A stretch of 64,000 nucleotides of DNA from Trichodelitschia bisporula (Eukaryota): the NCBI GenBank assembly GCA_010356995.1, contig ML996688.1, positions 1,178,001 through 1,242,000 of the forward strand, given 5' to 3'. Every line of letters starts with the position of its first letter. The stretch's first letter is position 1. The translations under genes were made by a program, and so were the position numbers. The notes under the pieces are model-generated. The model was not told where the DNA came from. It made no database searches and was given only the letters and a program-made list of their open reading frames with translations. This document shows, piece by piece, positions 11,725-24,002 of the stretch.

Positions 11725-13650
11725 CTACCACCCCCCACCCCCACCAATCTCCTCCCTCAACGACCGCAGCAACAACCCCGCCGCCCGCTCCTTCCCATCC
11801 CTCCCAGCAGCTCCAATCAACTTCTCCGCCCATCGCTCCAAGCCGCCAACAACGCCCTTCCCGCGCTCCATCTCGGCGCGCACCACCGCCTCCAGCACAC
11901 CCCCGCAACTCTCTTCCCCCTCAACCTCAAACTCGCCAATCGCAACCCCGACCCTCCTCCCCTCCCCGGGCTCGGTCGGTGAACTGGGCGCACTGCTCGT
12001 CACACTCCCCGCCGAGCCCGCCAGTGCCGCGCCACGCCCCCGCAGGGTCATGTAGCACGAAAACACCTGCTGCACGATAAGCACGCAGGCGAGGAACAAG
12101 CTCGGACTGCTCGCGACCCCGCTGAGACATGCCGGGCACGCGAGGTAGCTGCTAACCGTCAACAGCCCGCGCCGCGCAACCAGAAGCGCGCTGTCCAGCG
12201 GTGATCCCGCGCCCCGCAGGCTGTGCAGCTCGGCAATGATGTGCAGCGACAGCGGGTCGCACAGGCAGCTCGGCTGCTGCTGATGCTGGTGCTGCGGGGG
12301 AGCCGCGAGGGTGGTGGGCGGTGAGGCGTGCGGTGGCGCTTGGGCTAGGACAAGCATATTGCTGCCCGTGAATAGCCGCGGTGATACGGCATCGTCGGGT
12401 GCGAGGGGGCCGTGCAAGGTGTCGTCCAGCATGGGAGGCGCGGCGATGGCCGTGGGTGTTCCGGTGAGATAGGACTCCGACTGCGTGAACCAGCCGAAGT
12501 CGTCGATGTCCAGGCCTAGATCTGCGGAGGGGGGGTAGTCGAGTTTGCGGGCGTCGTTGCTAGGCGCTGGGGAGGGGGAGGGTGGGCCAGCGTGTTGATT
12601 GGGGGGCGGATAGTACGGGGGGAGGAGGGGCTCGGCGGGGAGAAGTTCCGAAGAATCGCGCGGTGGAGGCGGCGCGTGGTACGTCGTGTTTAGGTGCAGG
12701 CCCATATCGCTGCTAGTAGGACCCGGATGGCGACTTAGCGGTCCGGTGTGAATACTCGTGGGACCACTGTGGTCGGTTGCCATACGTTTCGCCTGATGGT
12801 CAGCCTTCTCGTCGGCACGCTGCAGGACAGAGGACGCGTACCAGAGGGAGAGCGCCGTCGGAGGAGCGCTTGCGAGGACTTGTGCTGAGGTGGCGCGGGT
12901 CGAAGTGGTGATTTGAATCGGCTGGAGCTGTTAGCTACGGTGCGAGATGTGACTGACATGTCCACCATGCTTGGTGCGAGGAGAGGTCGAAGAAGCATAT
13001 GGGGGAGCATGGGACGTAGCATGTTCGATCATATGAGAGTAAAGACTCACCGGGAGCAATCGCCGTCTGCTGCTCGCTCTCCTGCGGCGTCTTCAGCCGC
13101 TTCACCTTGTTCTTGCTGCCCTTTGGCTTGCCGAGCGGCTTGCCCGTGCTGTACGTGCAAGCGCTGTTGTTGCGCTGGCAGCGTTCACAAGTTGGGCGTT
13201 CGCCGGAGCAGCGGACTTTACAGCGGTAGCACTGGCGAGGTAAGTAAGCGCAAGAAAATGGGCGTGGAGAAGATGAGGTTTGTGAAGAGGAGTGGGAGGA
13301 TATGTGACGAGACGGGAAGGGACGTGCTGGGCCGTGGTGGTTCCTGCCGTGGTAGTGATGTTGTGCCCAGCCCCATGCATCGTGAAAAACAGCGGAGCAC
13401 CGCATCACACCGCAACCACCGCCACAAGACCAACAACCGGCCCAGAAAGCAATAAAAAAGGAGGCGCCGAACTCACTTGGTCACAAGCAGTGCAAATGTG
13501 GCCGGAGGACTCCTTTCGAACATGGCCGCGGCGCTGTGTCGCCGAACCGGAGCCCGAAGCTGTTGACGAGTCGGTTGTCGAGACCGTGATGCCAGTATTA
13601 GGCGCCGAGCTGGGCCCCGAAGAGGAGCTGGCTCCGGCGGTGCCGTTCAT
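11725..13650 (-). CDS. Zn(II)2Cys6 transcription factor with AflR-like C-terminal region, 4 exons
   Basis: Splicing 13477 to 13231 gives CTACDQCYRCKVRCSGERPTCERCQRNNSACTYSTGKPLGKPKGSKNK, a complete six-Cys cluster. Two further introns join it to ORF 11725-12783 (CLCDPLSL...LDSALLVARRG...YLACPAC...VAIGEFEV). Confidence 0.85.
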
Positions 13651-16600
13651 CGTAGCTGGAGAATTCGCGGTGCGTGGTGGAAGGTGTCGTGCAGGACTCA
13701 GAGTCAAATCGCGCGGGACGACGCACGGCTTCGGAGGTTGATGTTAAGTACTCTTGCTTCTGGGTTGGGTTCCGTCGCTGGTTTTCTAGCCTCGAGACCG
13801 GGCTCTTGCTGCTTGTTAAGCTGCTTGCGCGATGCGGGGGAGGGGTGAGGCCGAGGACGGAGACGGCGTGGTGGGGTGCGGAGCTGGGAGAGTGGAGAGA
13901 GCTGGTGGGGATGGGAGGGGAGTGAGCTCTCTTGGTTGGACAACTTTTGGAGTAGCAGTTGAGGTGATGCGGTCGCCTGGTTGGGTTGTGTGGCTTGGAT
14001 AGCCAGGCTGGATGCGAGGCTAGGGGTGGGTGGATGGGGGTGGAGAGATGGGAGGGATGCGAGGAGATGGGATTGGTGAGAGAGAAGAAAGAAACAGAGG
14101 AGAGAAGAGAGAGATAGCGGGGAAGCAAAGCAGAATAATGGAGGAAGAGGAGGCGGCGGACAGGCCACCACCAAACACCAAACACCAAACAGCCACAGCT
14201 TCTTCCTCTTCCTGATCCATTTCTAACCACTCTCGTCCGCTCGCCTCCACCTTTTCCCCCGCCCAGTTCTCCCCCACTATCACGGAATTGCGAGATCGCG
14301 CATGGTCCACCGTCCAACGTGGCACTAAGGTCTTGCAGCTTGCTGCACAGGACTGATACGCCGAAGAAGGCAGTCCAGATGCACCGAAGGGAAATACCGA
14401 TATGCTTCTCCCTCGTCCCGTAAGTAGTACGAGATGCTCCCAAGGCCTTCCCACAACAGGCACATGCCCCTCTCACCACCGATCGACCGCCATCAATCGC
14501 GATGATAACCCATCAGGCTATCAAAGCCCACCCTCGGCCCTAAGCTCTAACCTATCCCCCCCCCCCCTCTCCCCCGGAGGTACGTAGAAGGAAACAATCT
14601 CACCATCTCTCCAATCCCGTTCCTCGGACCTTCTCCCGCCTCGGCGAAAGCTCCAAACCACGCACCCACCCGTCCGCGCCCGGCCCGTCCCCCAGCATCA
14701 AGCAGGCAATTAGCATAGAAGCAAGCAAAGTGGAGAACGGAGCGGAGCGCCTCGTCAGCGTGTGCCGTGGTCCGGGGACGGCGAAAGGGTGGGGGAAGCG
14801 GATGGCGTTTGGCTCAGAGGCTTCAGCTTCGGGCGCGAGCTGGTGCGGGCGCTGGCGTTGCTGGCGGGCGGGCTGTTCGGAGGGGCACGAGGTGACGGGG
14901 GAGGGGGCGCGGGAAGGGAAGGGGTGGTGAATAGCGGTGATGGGAGAATGGAGTGGTTGGAGTGGTTGAGTGGTGATGGCGTCTCGTTTGGCGTGCGCCC
15001 ATTCGCCAATTGCACGAACGCCCTTGATAGTTCTGCAGCGTGTCGCCGGATCGGGGGCCTGGATGCCTTCGGATCGCCGGTGTCCGCTCTCGCCTGGGCT
15101 CCTCCGAGTTGGCCGGTTGCGAGTTGCTGGTTGTCTCGCACGCCGGTTCGCCATGCGCTTCCACGCCGTTACCTGATGCCGTCTTTTGTGGCCTTTTGAA
15201 GATGCGTGTCATAGAGGTAAGACTCCCTCTCGTCATATCATGTCCCGAGCTCGCCACGGCTAGAACTAGTCGGTCGATCAGTCAGAAAAAGCGTTTCAAG
15301 CGAAGGGAGTATCCGCCCTTCCCGCAATGGGGGCCCGTGAATGACATGTGGAAATACGGTAGACACCACCGTTGCGTCTATCGCGGGTGATCTTAGCCTC
15401 CGTCTCAGCCAATTACTATGCATCCCCGGCGGGTGCGTATCGCGCACACGTAATACTTGACCGTGCGGCCTACGCGCGGGAGTGCCGCTCGTCTGTTGAG
15501 CGGCAGCAACGCAGATTGGCCGAAGGGAAACGCACACCCAGAGAACTCGTGATGGTACTGGCTCTGGATGCCATTCCGTTCCCGAGCACTCGTAACTGTA
15601 CCTTCAGCAATCGGACGCAAAATAGCACTCGCTCCCTTAATCGCGCGCATCCCAGTTAGTACTCTGCTCTCCTCGCTCTCCCTCGCTCTTTCACGACTCC
15701 GATCTCGCTTCCACGCCGTCTCAACCACTCATCCGCGCGCCACGGACCACCACCGCCTCCAAAATCCCCCTCCACCACCCGCTATACCGGACCCCAATTC
15801 GCAAGTCTCCTCGCTTTCCGCGTCAAGACGGCAAGATCACACATCAGAGCATATACCAAGGCAATCAATCCCGCACCCAGCAAGCGCAGCCACTCGCGCG
15901 GTACTACTGCAGGGAATTCAACTCGAAGGCCAACACACACGACAGCCATGCAGACAACCGCCATCATCCCAGCACCCGACATGTGCGGGCTGATGCGCCA
16001 TTGTCTCTGCTCGCTGCCACCCTACCGAATGCCTCGTGCATCCTGCATCCTGCCTGCTGCGTTTGATGCTGCTACGCTTGCAACTGTGGAGTGGCGTCGA
16101 GTCGCTGCCCTGTCTACCATTTACCTTCGCGTCTCTTTCTCCCGAGTTCTACCGCCGTTGCGATTCTGCGATCATATGCAGGCTGCTCGAGCCTGTGCTA
16201 GCCAGAACGAACGAAGTAGACGCGCTACAATCACTCCCACCGCGAACTACGGATGTAGATGTCGCGGTGTTTGTGAACGCTTCCCACATGTACAGTAGTT
16301 TGCGTCGTCGGAGCTCCCCGGCCCCACCCAACCCCGCATCTCCCTCAACTGAGACTCCGGTCAGCGAGGCTGAAGCGGGGTGGATGCCTCTTGCGCAAGC
16401 GCAGCCAAAGGCGCACATCCAGCCTCCAAAACCGGCCATACCGAGTTCGTAACGGAATAAGCGTACGTTCCATGGTAAGACATACCGCGCGCCCGCTCCG
16501 TACCGCTCCGGCACGACTCGTGCATTACCCCAAAGCAGCTAATTATCCGCTCTAATCGCTTGCCGCAGTGCGCTCGTACCCAGACGGATACGCGGTCAGA

Positions 16601-19288
16601 GTTTACCGCCCCAACGGGGAGGGAAGAAGCAAGGTGAGAGAGAAAATGGTGAAATGCGGTGAAAAGGCAAAATGGTAGGGAACATGGTGCGGGTTTGCGC
16701 GCGGAAGCAAGGGCCAAGCGGGGGCGGCGGCAGGCCTGCGGCTTATCTATCTTACCGCGCTCTTGCACCAAACCAGACACGCGATACAGGCCTCTCCGCT
16801 GTCTTGGGTCGTCGAAAAGCTTGCGACACCCGCCCGACCGGCTGAATGGTTGGAGGGTCGAGGGGTAGTTAGCAGGGGTGTGTTGGTCGCCAAGAGTTAG
16901 GTGCTGGGGGCGTTGAGCAGATGCGCGCCAAGGGGAAGTGGGTGAGCCATGTGAGGACGGGATAGGATGATCGAATAGAAATTCGGGTGAGATGTGCTTG
17001 GTGAGTGGGTGGGTGGGCAACCCGTGAGAAATGGAGATGCGAGGTGAATTGGTGATTCGATGTCCGAGGTACTGACAAAAAACGGCCGGTGGTTGTTCAT
17101 GCTGAAAGAAGTTGGAGGGGACGTGTGACGGATCGGCAATCTGAGATTCGATGCCTGCTGCTGAGGAAAAGTGGAGGAGGTGTGAAGAGGAATACTGGAT
17201 GTGTGCCGCTCTTTATGCCCTCATTGGACCCGAGGCGTCCGCTTGAAGGAAGAGGAGGAAGAGATCCAAAATGCCACCCACCCCGGTCGATCTGTCCGTT
17301 CGCAACCCAGGCTCGATGGCCCAGTGCCTCACCATGGAATGCTGCAAGGTGTCAGATCGGCCTGCCTTTCTTGTATCAAGCAGCTCAACCCCTGAGGGCT
17401 CGAGGACAGCACACCCTCAAGGCACCGATGGGGCGGGGGGCCGTGGGCGGCAACGCGGTGGAACCGTCGAACCGTGGGCCGGCCCGTAGGGCTTGTCGGG
17501 TTCGGCGGGCGTTCGCAAGAGATGTGATTCGCGTTACGAGCGATTGGCAGCCGCGAAGGGAGAAGAGCTGCACCCTGAGAGAAGCTGCACTTCGATGCGG
17601 CCGCAGTGGCCGCGGCCCACTCCACCAGCATTCCCCGCCATCGGAAAAGCTTTCTAGCAGGCCATCTCTGTCCGTCAGATAATTCAGCGCACAACACTCA
17701 GTCACTCACCTCAAACACACAGCCGACCGCGCCAAACGCCTTTGCCGACTCTTCCCACCGCGGCTGACAGTAGTAAACCCCATCAGAGTTAGCGACCACC
17801 CAAAACAGCCCCCCGCATCCCACCCACTCATGCCCATCTCCAGTCCCACGGCCACCCCTCCCCCTCCCCGGTACGACTAGCCCGCCGGGCCTGCCGAGTC
17901 AAGGAGACACGCGCCCGCAGTTGCACAGCCGCCCGAGACAAGCAACGATTGGTGGCCGCGGCGCCTCTCAGCAAGTCGGCCACAGACACACGGCGTTTGG
18001 GAGGCCGCTCACCGAGCAGTAGCCGAGCGCGAGCGTGATGCGCAGCGGTCATCCCTGTGACGCTGCGGCTCGTGGCCTATCGGGACCTTTCGCGACGTTC
18101 CACCAGCCCGTTTCCATTCTTCGGAACTGGCGTGGCGCCCCAAGTACAGACTGAGGAAAGCGCCGCTTCGTGGATTCATGGATAGCGGGGAGAGGGGAGG
18201 TTGAGTGGGTTGTCGTAACCGCTTTCTTGAGCATGTCTACGGATGTAGGCTTGGAGGAGGAAGATAAAAGGGAGAAGCGAGCGGGAAGCAAGCGAGAAGA
18301 AGCGATGTAATGAGGTGAGGTGCCTGTCGTATTTCTGGGGATTATTGGGGACTGGGAAGGAGCTTTGGCTTGAGCGTGATGGTGTGGGGAAGGAGGGAGA
18401 GAGTGGGGCATACGGTATTGTGTGCTTTGCCTCTCTGGTCGCTCTTACTTTCGGCACCCAAGTTGGAAGGAGAAAGGGACCTGCTAAGCCCAGATCACAA
18501 TATTTTCCTATCTGTTGGCACAACAAAGAGAAGGCGCGCCAAACCTCTTCTGCTGGAGTTGAAGTGAGACCTGAGACCTTTTACAAGATGCATCATCATT
18601 CCTTCCTTACCCCGCAAATACCGGTATCCGATCATATCATATCTCCATGACCTACTACCGAACCTACTGATGTACTACGTATATCCCGCGGTATGTTAGC
18701 AGTAACCAGTAAAACAGAAAACTAAGGACGTCGATACCGACCAGGTCCCAGTTCCCCGTTGACGAATTTCGTCTCCAGCGCCTCAGGAAAACCCAAGGGA
18801 AGGGCTCTCAGACCTCTTCGCGCCCTGGCCCTGGGAGAGTTGCTCGTCGTTTATTGGCTTCCCACCGTCCGTTTATGCAAACTCCCGCGCTTCGGGCGGA
18901 TGATTGGCGCGGCCAAACTGCAACGCACCACATTTGTGTCGCCATGCCGTTTCCTTCAATCTCACCTTTTCTCTCTCTCAACCTTTCCCACTTTCATCAT
19001 TCTCCCTTCTCTCGTCTCCCTGCTGCGTCTCTGCATATCTGCATCTCTGGCTGCATCAAACGTACGCCAACCGCCCTCCCCCCTACCCCGCTCTCTCAGT
19101 CCTCTTTTCTCCACCTTCGTCGTACCTCGAAGGAAGCGATTAACGCGAACCGCCAGTCTGGGTGAGAGATCCAGAGGGGCGACATACGGAACACACTCCA
19201 CCTGATCCTCACTGCTCTGCATATTCCACTTTCCGCTTCACCTCACCCCCCCCAAAATATCAAACCACCCTTACTCGACCATCTGCAG

Positions 19289-20362
19289 GTGCATCAACTG
19301 AACGCCTCACCACCCTCCATTCCTCAAACCCCTCCACACCCCCCTTCTTACCCTCGATGCCGTGCCTTATACTTGTCCCCTCCTTGTCCTTATCGACCGT
19401 GTAGGACGCAACTATCATCTCTCCTGGTATATTCTCCCCTTTCGTCCATCTCTCTCCCAACAGACGCAACCCCTTATCCTTCCATCACTTCCTTCCCCGC
19501 AATCGTCTTCCCCTCTCCACCAATTGTTTCCGCCATCGCTCCTTCCATACCCCCTACCCCCCTCCATTCCCCTGTCATAGATTTTGCGGCACAGCCGATG
19601 TGTAGTCCCGTATTCATCGTGTCGTCGCAGCAGAACACAGCAGAAGATTCCACGACAGCACCAACCGAATCCGCGCCGACGTCTTATCCCTACTGGGAAT
19701 CACCGCAACAGCTGTGGCCGCAGTGGCCTCTGCACTACTTTGGTACTCCGTACGCCCCCGAATCCGCTCAAGGACGCATATGCACCATAGCTCCTCGCAT
19801 GAGCGGATGCACCTGCTTCGCCTCCGCGTTGCAGGTCTCTGAGCAGCTCCACCGCACAGAGGCCGCCCTTGCCTCAACTGCCTTCGACCATGTCCTCAAT
19901 GTTGCCCGTCACGCCAGTGCCGTGTGCCGTCAGTACGCCGCCTGTCCGCTGTGCGCCGACCCTTCCTACTTCCCGCTCTACGTCATCATTCTGCGCAAGG
20001 CTGCCGCCTGTTACTCGCACCTGATCCAGGCGGCCTCTCCCGCCGGCGCCTCTCCCGGCACCGCGTCCACGGCCTCGGGCGTATCCGCCTCTTCGTCTGG
20101 CCAGGGAGCCCACACCAGCCGGGTCCGCATCGGCGCCTTTGAGGTTGATGCTCCGCTCGACGATCACACACGCGCGCTGATTCTGCGGACCGAGGTTCGT
20201 CGCGCGGCTGAGGCGGCCTGTGCGTTGGAGACGGTTCTGGGGCCTGGAAGTCCGAAGGCGGCGGCGCACCGCGACGAGACGGCGTTGATGTATCAGCGTG
20301 GACTCGTGGGAGCACTGCGGGAAGAGATTGGAGCGCTGGAAGGGGTGTTGCAGTCAATATGA
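19289..20362 (+). CDS. AflR-like C-terminal domain protein, putative regulator; true start uncertain (first in-frame ATG at 19598)
   Basis: CTCFASALQ...FDHVLNVARHASAVCRQYAACPLC...RVRIGAFEVD parallels the C-terminus of the neighbouring Zn2Cys6 factor. I found no Zn2Cys6 exon upstream. Confidence 0.65.
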   Translation: MHQLNASPPSIPQTPPHPPSYPRCRALYLSPPCPYRPCRTQLSSLLVYSPLSSISLPTDATPYPSITSFPAIVFPSPPIVSAIAPSIPPTPLHSPVIDFAAQPMCSPVFIVSSQQNTAEDSTTAPTESAPTSYPYWESPQQLWPQWPLHYFGTPYAPESAQGRICTIAPRMSGCTCFASALQVSEQLHRTEAALASTAFDHVLNVARHASAVCRQYAACPLCADPSYFPLYVIILRKAAACYSHLIQAASPAGASPGTASTASGVSASSSGQGAHTSRVRIGAFEVDAPLDDHTRALILRTEVRRAAEAACALETVLGPGSPKAAAHRDETALMYQRGLVGALREEIGALEGVLQSI

Positions 20363-21101
20363 AGAGGAGATGGTTGATGGGTTGTCGTTGAATTTAAGCG
20401 TGGGTCCCGTGGCGGCCATTGGTTGGCCGCGCGCTTGCGGCACAGCAGGGCGCGGGTAGGATGAAGGTTCCAGAGGCAGGGGCCGCTGGAACGGGCGTTG
20501 GGCAGACTTTTTGCAACTTGGGATTGGACTTGACGCAGTCAGTGGCGTTTGTGGATGGTGCGGTTTGTGTAACCGTTGTTAGTGCGGGGCGAAGGGGGGG
20601 GGGGGGTAAGTTGAAGAAGGGATGGTCAGAAGGAGTGGGACACATATATACCCCCGCGTTTTTTGACCAGGCGTGTGTTTGCATGGGCTGCGAGTATATA
20701 TATTGGACCAGGGTGTATCCGGTTTATGGGAGTGTTTGGTGCCTCTTTTTTTCTTGGACGATGCACTGGGGTTTCTTCTTTCTTGGGTGCTAGTTACTGG
20801 TCTCGTTTTGGATTTGTTGGACCGTTGGAGCGCTGGACCGCTGGACCATTGGGCTGTTAGACCGTTGGACTGTTTGGAAGTGTTGCACTTTGCTACAACT
20901 GGCTAATTCGTTCTTCTGCACAAGGTGTTGGTCCCGAGCACTTGGGTGGCCGATCCCTAGGTGCGGCACAGCATACTCTACGGTAGAGCATGCAGCAAGC
21001 GAACGAGTGGGCACTCTGCTTTCGGAAATTGCTTACGGAATAAACTATACACGGTCCACTACACGCATAACTCCCCGGCCTTTGCCCTGCCTTTGCTCAA
21101 C

Positions 21102-22086
21102 TTAGGGCGGCACAAAGTGCATTTCCTTGCCGCCAAACTGCCACGCATCGTTGTCCCGCGCCCCTTCGAGCCAGCTATACATCTGGTCGAAATTCTTGCA
21201 CACGTGCGGCACACCCAACTGTGAGCTTCCTCCGGGCAGATCCTCGCCGGCCAGCGCCATGTCACCTCCGCAGAGGAGCACCTGTCGCACGTAGTCAATG
21301 CAGTGATCCATATGCTCGGTGGAGTGGCCCGGTGGGGCGAGCTGGAGAGCGAGAAGGTCATATTCCGACATTATTTCGTACTAACGAGAGAATGTTAGCA
21401 GAGAGAGAAGTGGGGGGTTGCACCTGTGGAGGGGTAAAGTGGGACTTTGTTGTTGAGAGAGAAGGGGCAGGTGAGGTGGTTCGGGAAGGGATTCTCACCA
21501 GACAGTGTAGGGCGTGCATCATTGACGTCCCAAGACTCTTGCCACCATTGTACACCACCGGCTTGGGAAGCTTATACTTCGCAATATCGTCCTCCGTCAC
21601 CGCAACGTAGCCTTGTCCCGCTATCGACCCATCAGAAGCACATCGCACCGTCGGACACCATGACTTACGTGGCAACAGACCCATCCAGGCATCACGAGCC
21701 TCTCGCAAGCTCGCCTCGCTGGTGTGATTCGAAACGAACTGCGGATGCGAACTGAACACCACCGTCTCCGTCGAGAAATTTGGCACAAAGCCCGTTACAT
21801 CGTCCATCAGTCCTGGTGCTTCGTGCAGCGTCGGTCGTTGTTGTCGAATGACCACAAGGACTAGCACGGCTAGCAGTGCTGCATCGAGGAGGAATAGCCA
21901 TGGCGAGCGGGTGCGGGAGCAGCGTCGTCGGCGTGTCCGCTTTTCGTTGTGCGTGGGCAACATGGGCGAGGTATCCTCTTCCTCTTCAGCTATGGTAGAG
22001 GTGGACGACCCGCTGATGGACGGCCAAGGCACTTCTTCCATCAGGGCCGTCTTCTCGTACGTGCTTAGGTCAACTGAGGGAGGCAT
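21102..22086 (-). CDS. UstYa/DUF3328 oxidase C (canonical), 3 exons: 22086-21669, 21620-21499, 21380-21102
   Basis: TM LFLLDAALLAVLVLVVI; W.GLLPPGQGYV; SMMHALHCL; HMDHCIDYVRQVLLCGGDMAL; HVCKNFDQ. These are the hallmark DUF3328 motifs. Introns are GTAAGT...ATAG and GTGAGA...TTAG with a CTAAC branch site. Confidence 0.9.
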
Positions 22087-22945
22087 GGGTAGGATGAGCG
22101 ACTGGGTAGCGTCTGCGAGGTGGAGGCGGGCGGCGAGGAGGGAGAATGGGCGTGTACGAGGGGGACGGGGCATCAGGTTTGGGGATGGGGAGGGTGGATG
22201 GAGTGGATGGGGTCTGGTCAGGAGTGAGTCTCTTCGTGTGTGAGTAGCATTATGTTCGTAACCCCTCCCTTGACTGATGGCGACTGACCTCCGAAGCAGG
22301 CCATCGTGATCTCCACTTACACCGTCGGGAGCAGGCATACTTCGGACGCGAACACGCTGGCGCCGAAATATCATGCTGTACAACCGAATCTTGTGCGACA
22401 TCCGGGCTTGTCTCCGTACCGACCTCCGGCCTTAGCCTCGTTCCGACATATCCACGGCTCCGCGCGCTAATGCACGGCGGATGAAAACGCAATATGCAGG
22501 TTTCTGCAGCTGCTCTCCACAACCTGCTACTCCACATTTTGCTACTCGGCGCGTTGGGCACTGGAGATGCATCGTTCTCCACTACGTACTATCCAGTACC
22601 TACTCTGTACTGCGAACTCCGCCATAGCGTTACTCCGCACAAACCACCTCCAAAGCGCATGACGCCGTTCCTGTCCGCAGTGCGCCATTCGCTCTCCGCC
22701 AAATTGCCATTCGGCAGTCATAGGCCCTTCGATCTAACCTCCCATGTATCATACACCCCAGACCGGTCACCAGCGCCCTTATAAGCCTTGGTCACGCCAC
22801 GATCCAGGGCACAGCAGCAGTGACAGACAGGCAGCCTCGCACAAGACCCGATTTTTCTCATTCTTCAACGGCTTGGAATCCGTTTTGCCCGGTGCAGCTA
22901 CTTACTTTTTGATCGAATCTTTCCGACCTTTACCCCCTGTTCATC

Positions 22946-24002
22946 ATGAAGTTCACCAACGTTGCGGCCCTTGCGGCGCTCCTGACTGGTGCCACGGCTC
23001 TGCCGGTTGCTGAGGGTCAGTTTTTCTGAGATCGTGCTTAGTTACGGGAAGCTGACAAGTCTAGCTGATCCTATCTTCGCTCGCGTCGATAAGCGCGATC
23101 CCATCTTTGCCCGCGTCGATAAGCGCGACCCCATCTTCGCGCGTGTCGACAAGCGCGATCCCATCTTCGCGCGTGTCGATAAGCGCGAGGCTGAACCGAT
23201 CTTCGCTCGTGTCGACAAGCGCGAGGCCGAGGCCGAGCCCATCTTCGCCCGTGTCGACAAGCGCGACCCTATCTTCGCCCGCGTTGACAAGCGCGACCCG
23301 ATCTTCGCCCGCGTTGACAAGCGCGACCCGATCTTCGCCCGTGTTGACAAGCGCGAGGCTGAGCCGATCTTTGCTCGCGTCGACAAGCGCGACCCCATCT
23401 TCGCCCGTGTGGACAAGCGGGAAGCCGACCCCATCTTCGCCCGCGTTGACAAGCGCGAGGCTGAGCCGATNNNNNNNNNNCGCGTCGACAAGCGCGACCC
23501 CATCTTCGCCCGTGTGGACAAGCGGGAAGCCGACCCCATCTTCGCCCGCGTTGACAAGCGCGAGGCTGAGCCGATCTTCGCCCGCGTCGACAAGCGCGAC
23601 CCCATCTTCGCCCGTGTGGACAAGCGGGAAGCCGACCCCATCTTCGCCCGCGTTGACAAGCGGGAAGCCGACCCTATCTTTGCCCGCGTTGACAAGCGTG
23701 AGGCCGACCCCATCTTCGCTCGCGTCGATAAGCGCGAGGCCGACCCCATCTTTGCCCGTGTGGACAAGCGCGAGGCTGAGCCTATCTTTGCCCGCGTCGA
23801 CAAGCGCGAGGCCGACCCCATCTTCGCTCGTGTTGACAAGCGCGACCCCATCTTTGCCCGTGTGGACAAGCGCGAGGCTGAGCCGATCTTTGCCCGCGTC
23901 GACAAGCGCGAGGCCGACCCCATCTTCGCTCGCGTTGACAAGCGCGACCCCATCTTCGCTCGCGTGGACAAGCGCGACCCCATCTTCGCGCGCGTGGACT
24001 AA
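22946..24002 (+). CDS. Secreted Kex2-processed repeat protein; putative RiPP precursor with repeated core IFARVD. Exons 22946-23015 and 23065-24002
   Basis: Exon 1 is MKFTNVAALAALLTGATALPVAE (signal peptide). A 49-nt intron (GTCAGT...GCTGAC...CTAG) follows, then A-DPIFARVDKR and repeats of (EA)0-2[DE]PIFARVDKR ending DPIFARVD-stop. 27 complete units plus one interrupted by a 10-N gap. Confidence 0.93.
23067..23999 (+). repeat. Coding tandem array of 30/36/42-nt units
   Basis: Units vary at synonymous positions and in the number of EA dipeptides. Assembly gap at 23471-23480. Confidence 0.95.

Noticed and set aside
20815..20878. Degenerate 8-nt repeat (GGACCGTT-like)
   Set aside because: Short degenerate minisatellite between convergent genes, with no evidence of function.
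21358..22401. 347-aa ORF taken as the full protein
   Set aside because: It reads through a 48-nt intron and into the next, and starts upstream of the likely ATG at 22086. The spliced model restores the second HxxHC.
23067..23999. CRISPR-like array
   Set aside because: Eukaryotic context, no unique spacers, and units vary at synonymous codon positions.
22946..24002. Alpha-factor-like mating pheromone precursor
   Set aside because: Processing signals are similar, but the 6-aa core lacks the Trp/Cys/GQP pattern of filamentous ascomycete alpha pheromones, and the gene is flanked by DUF3328-type genes. A signalling role is not fully excluded.
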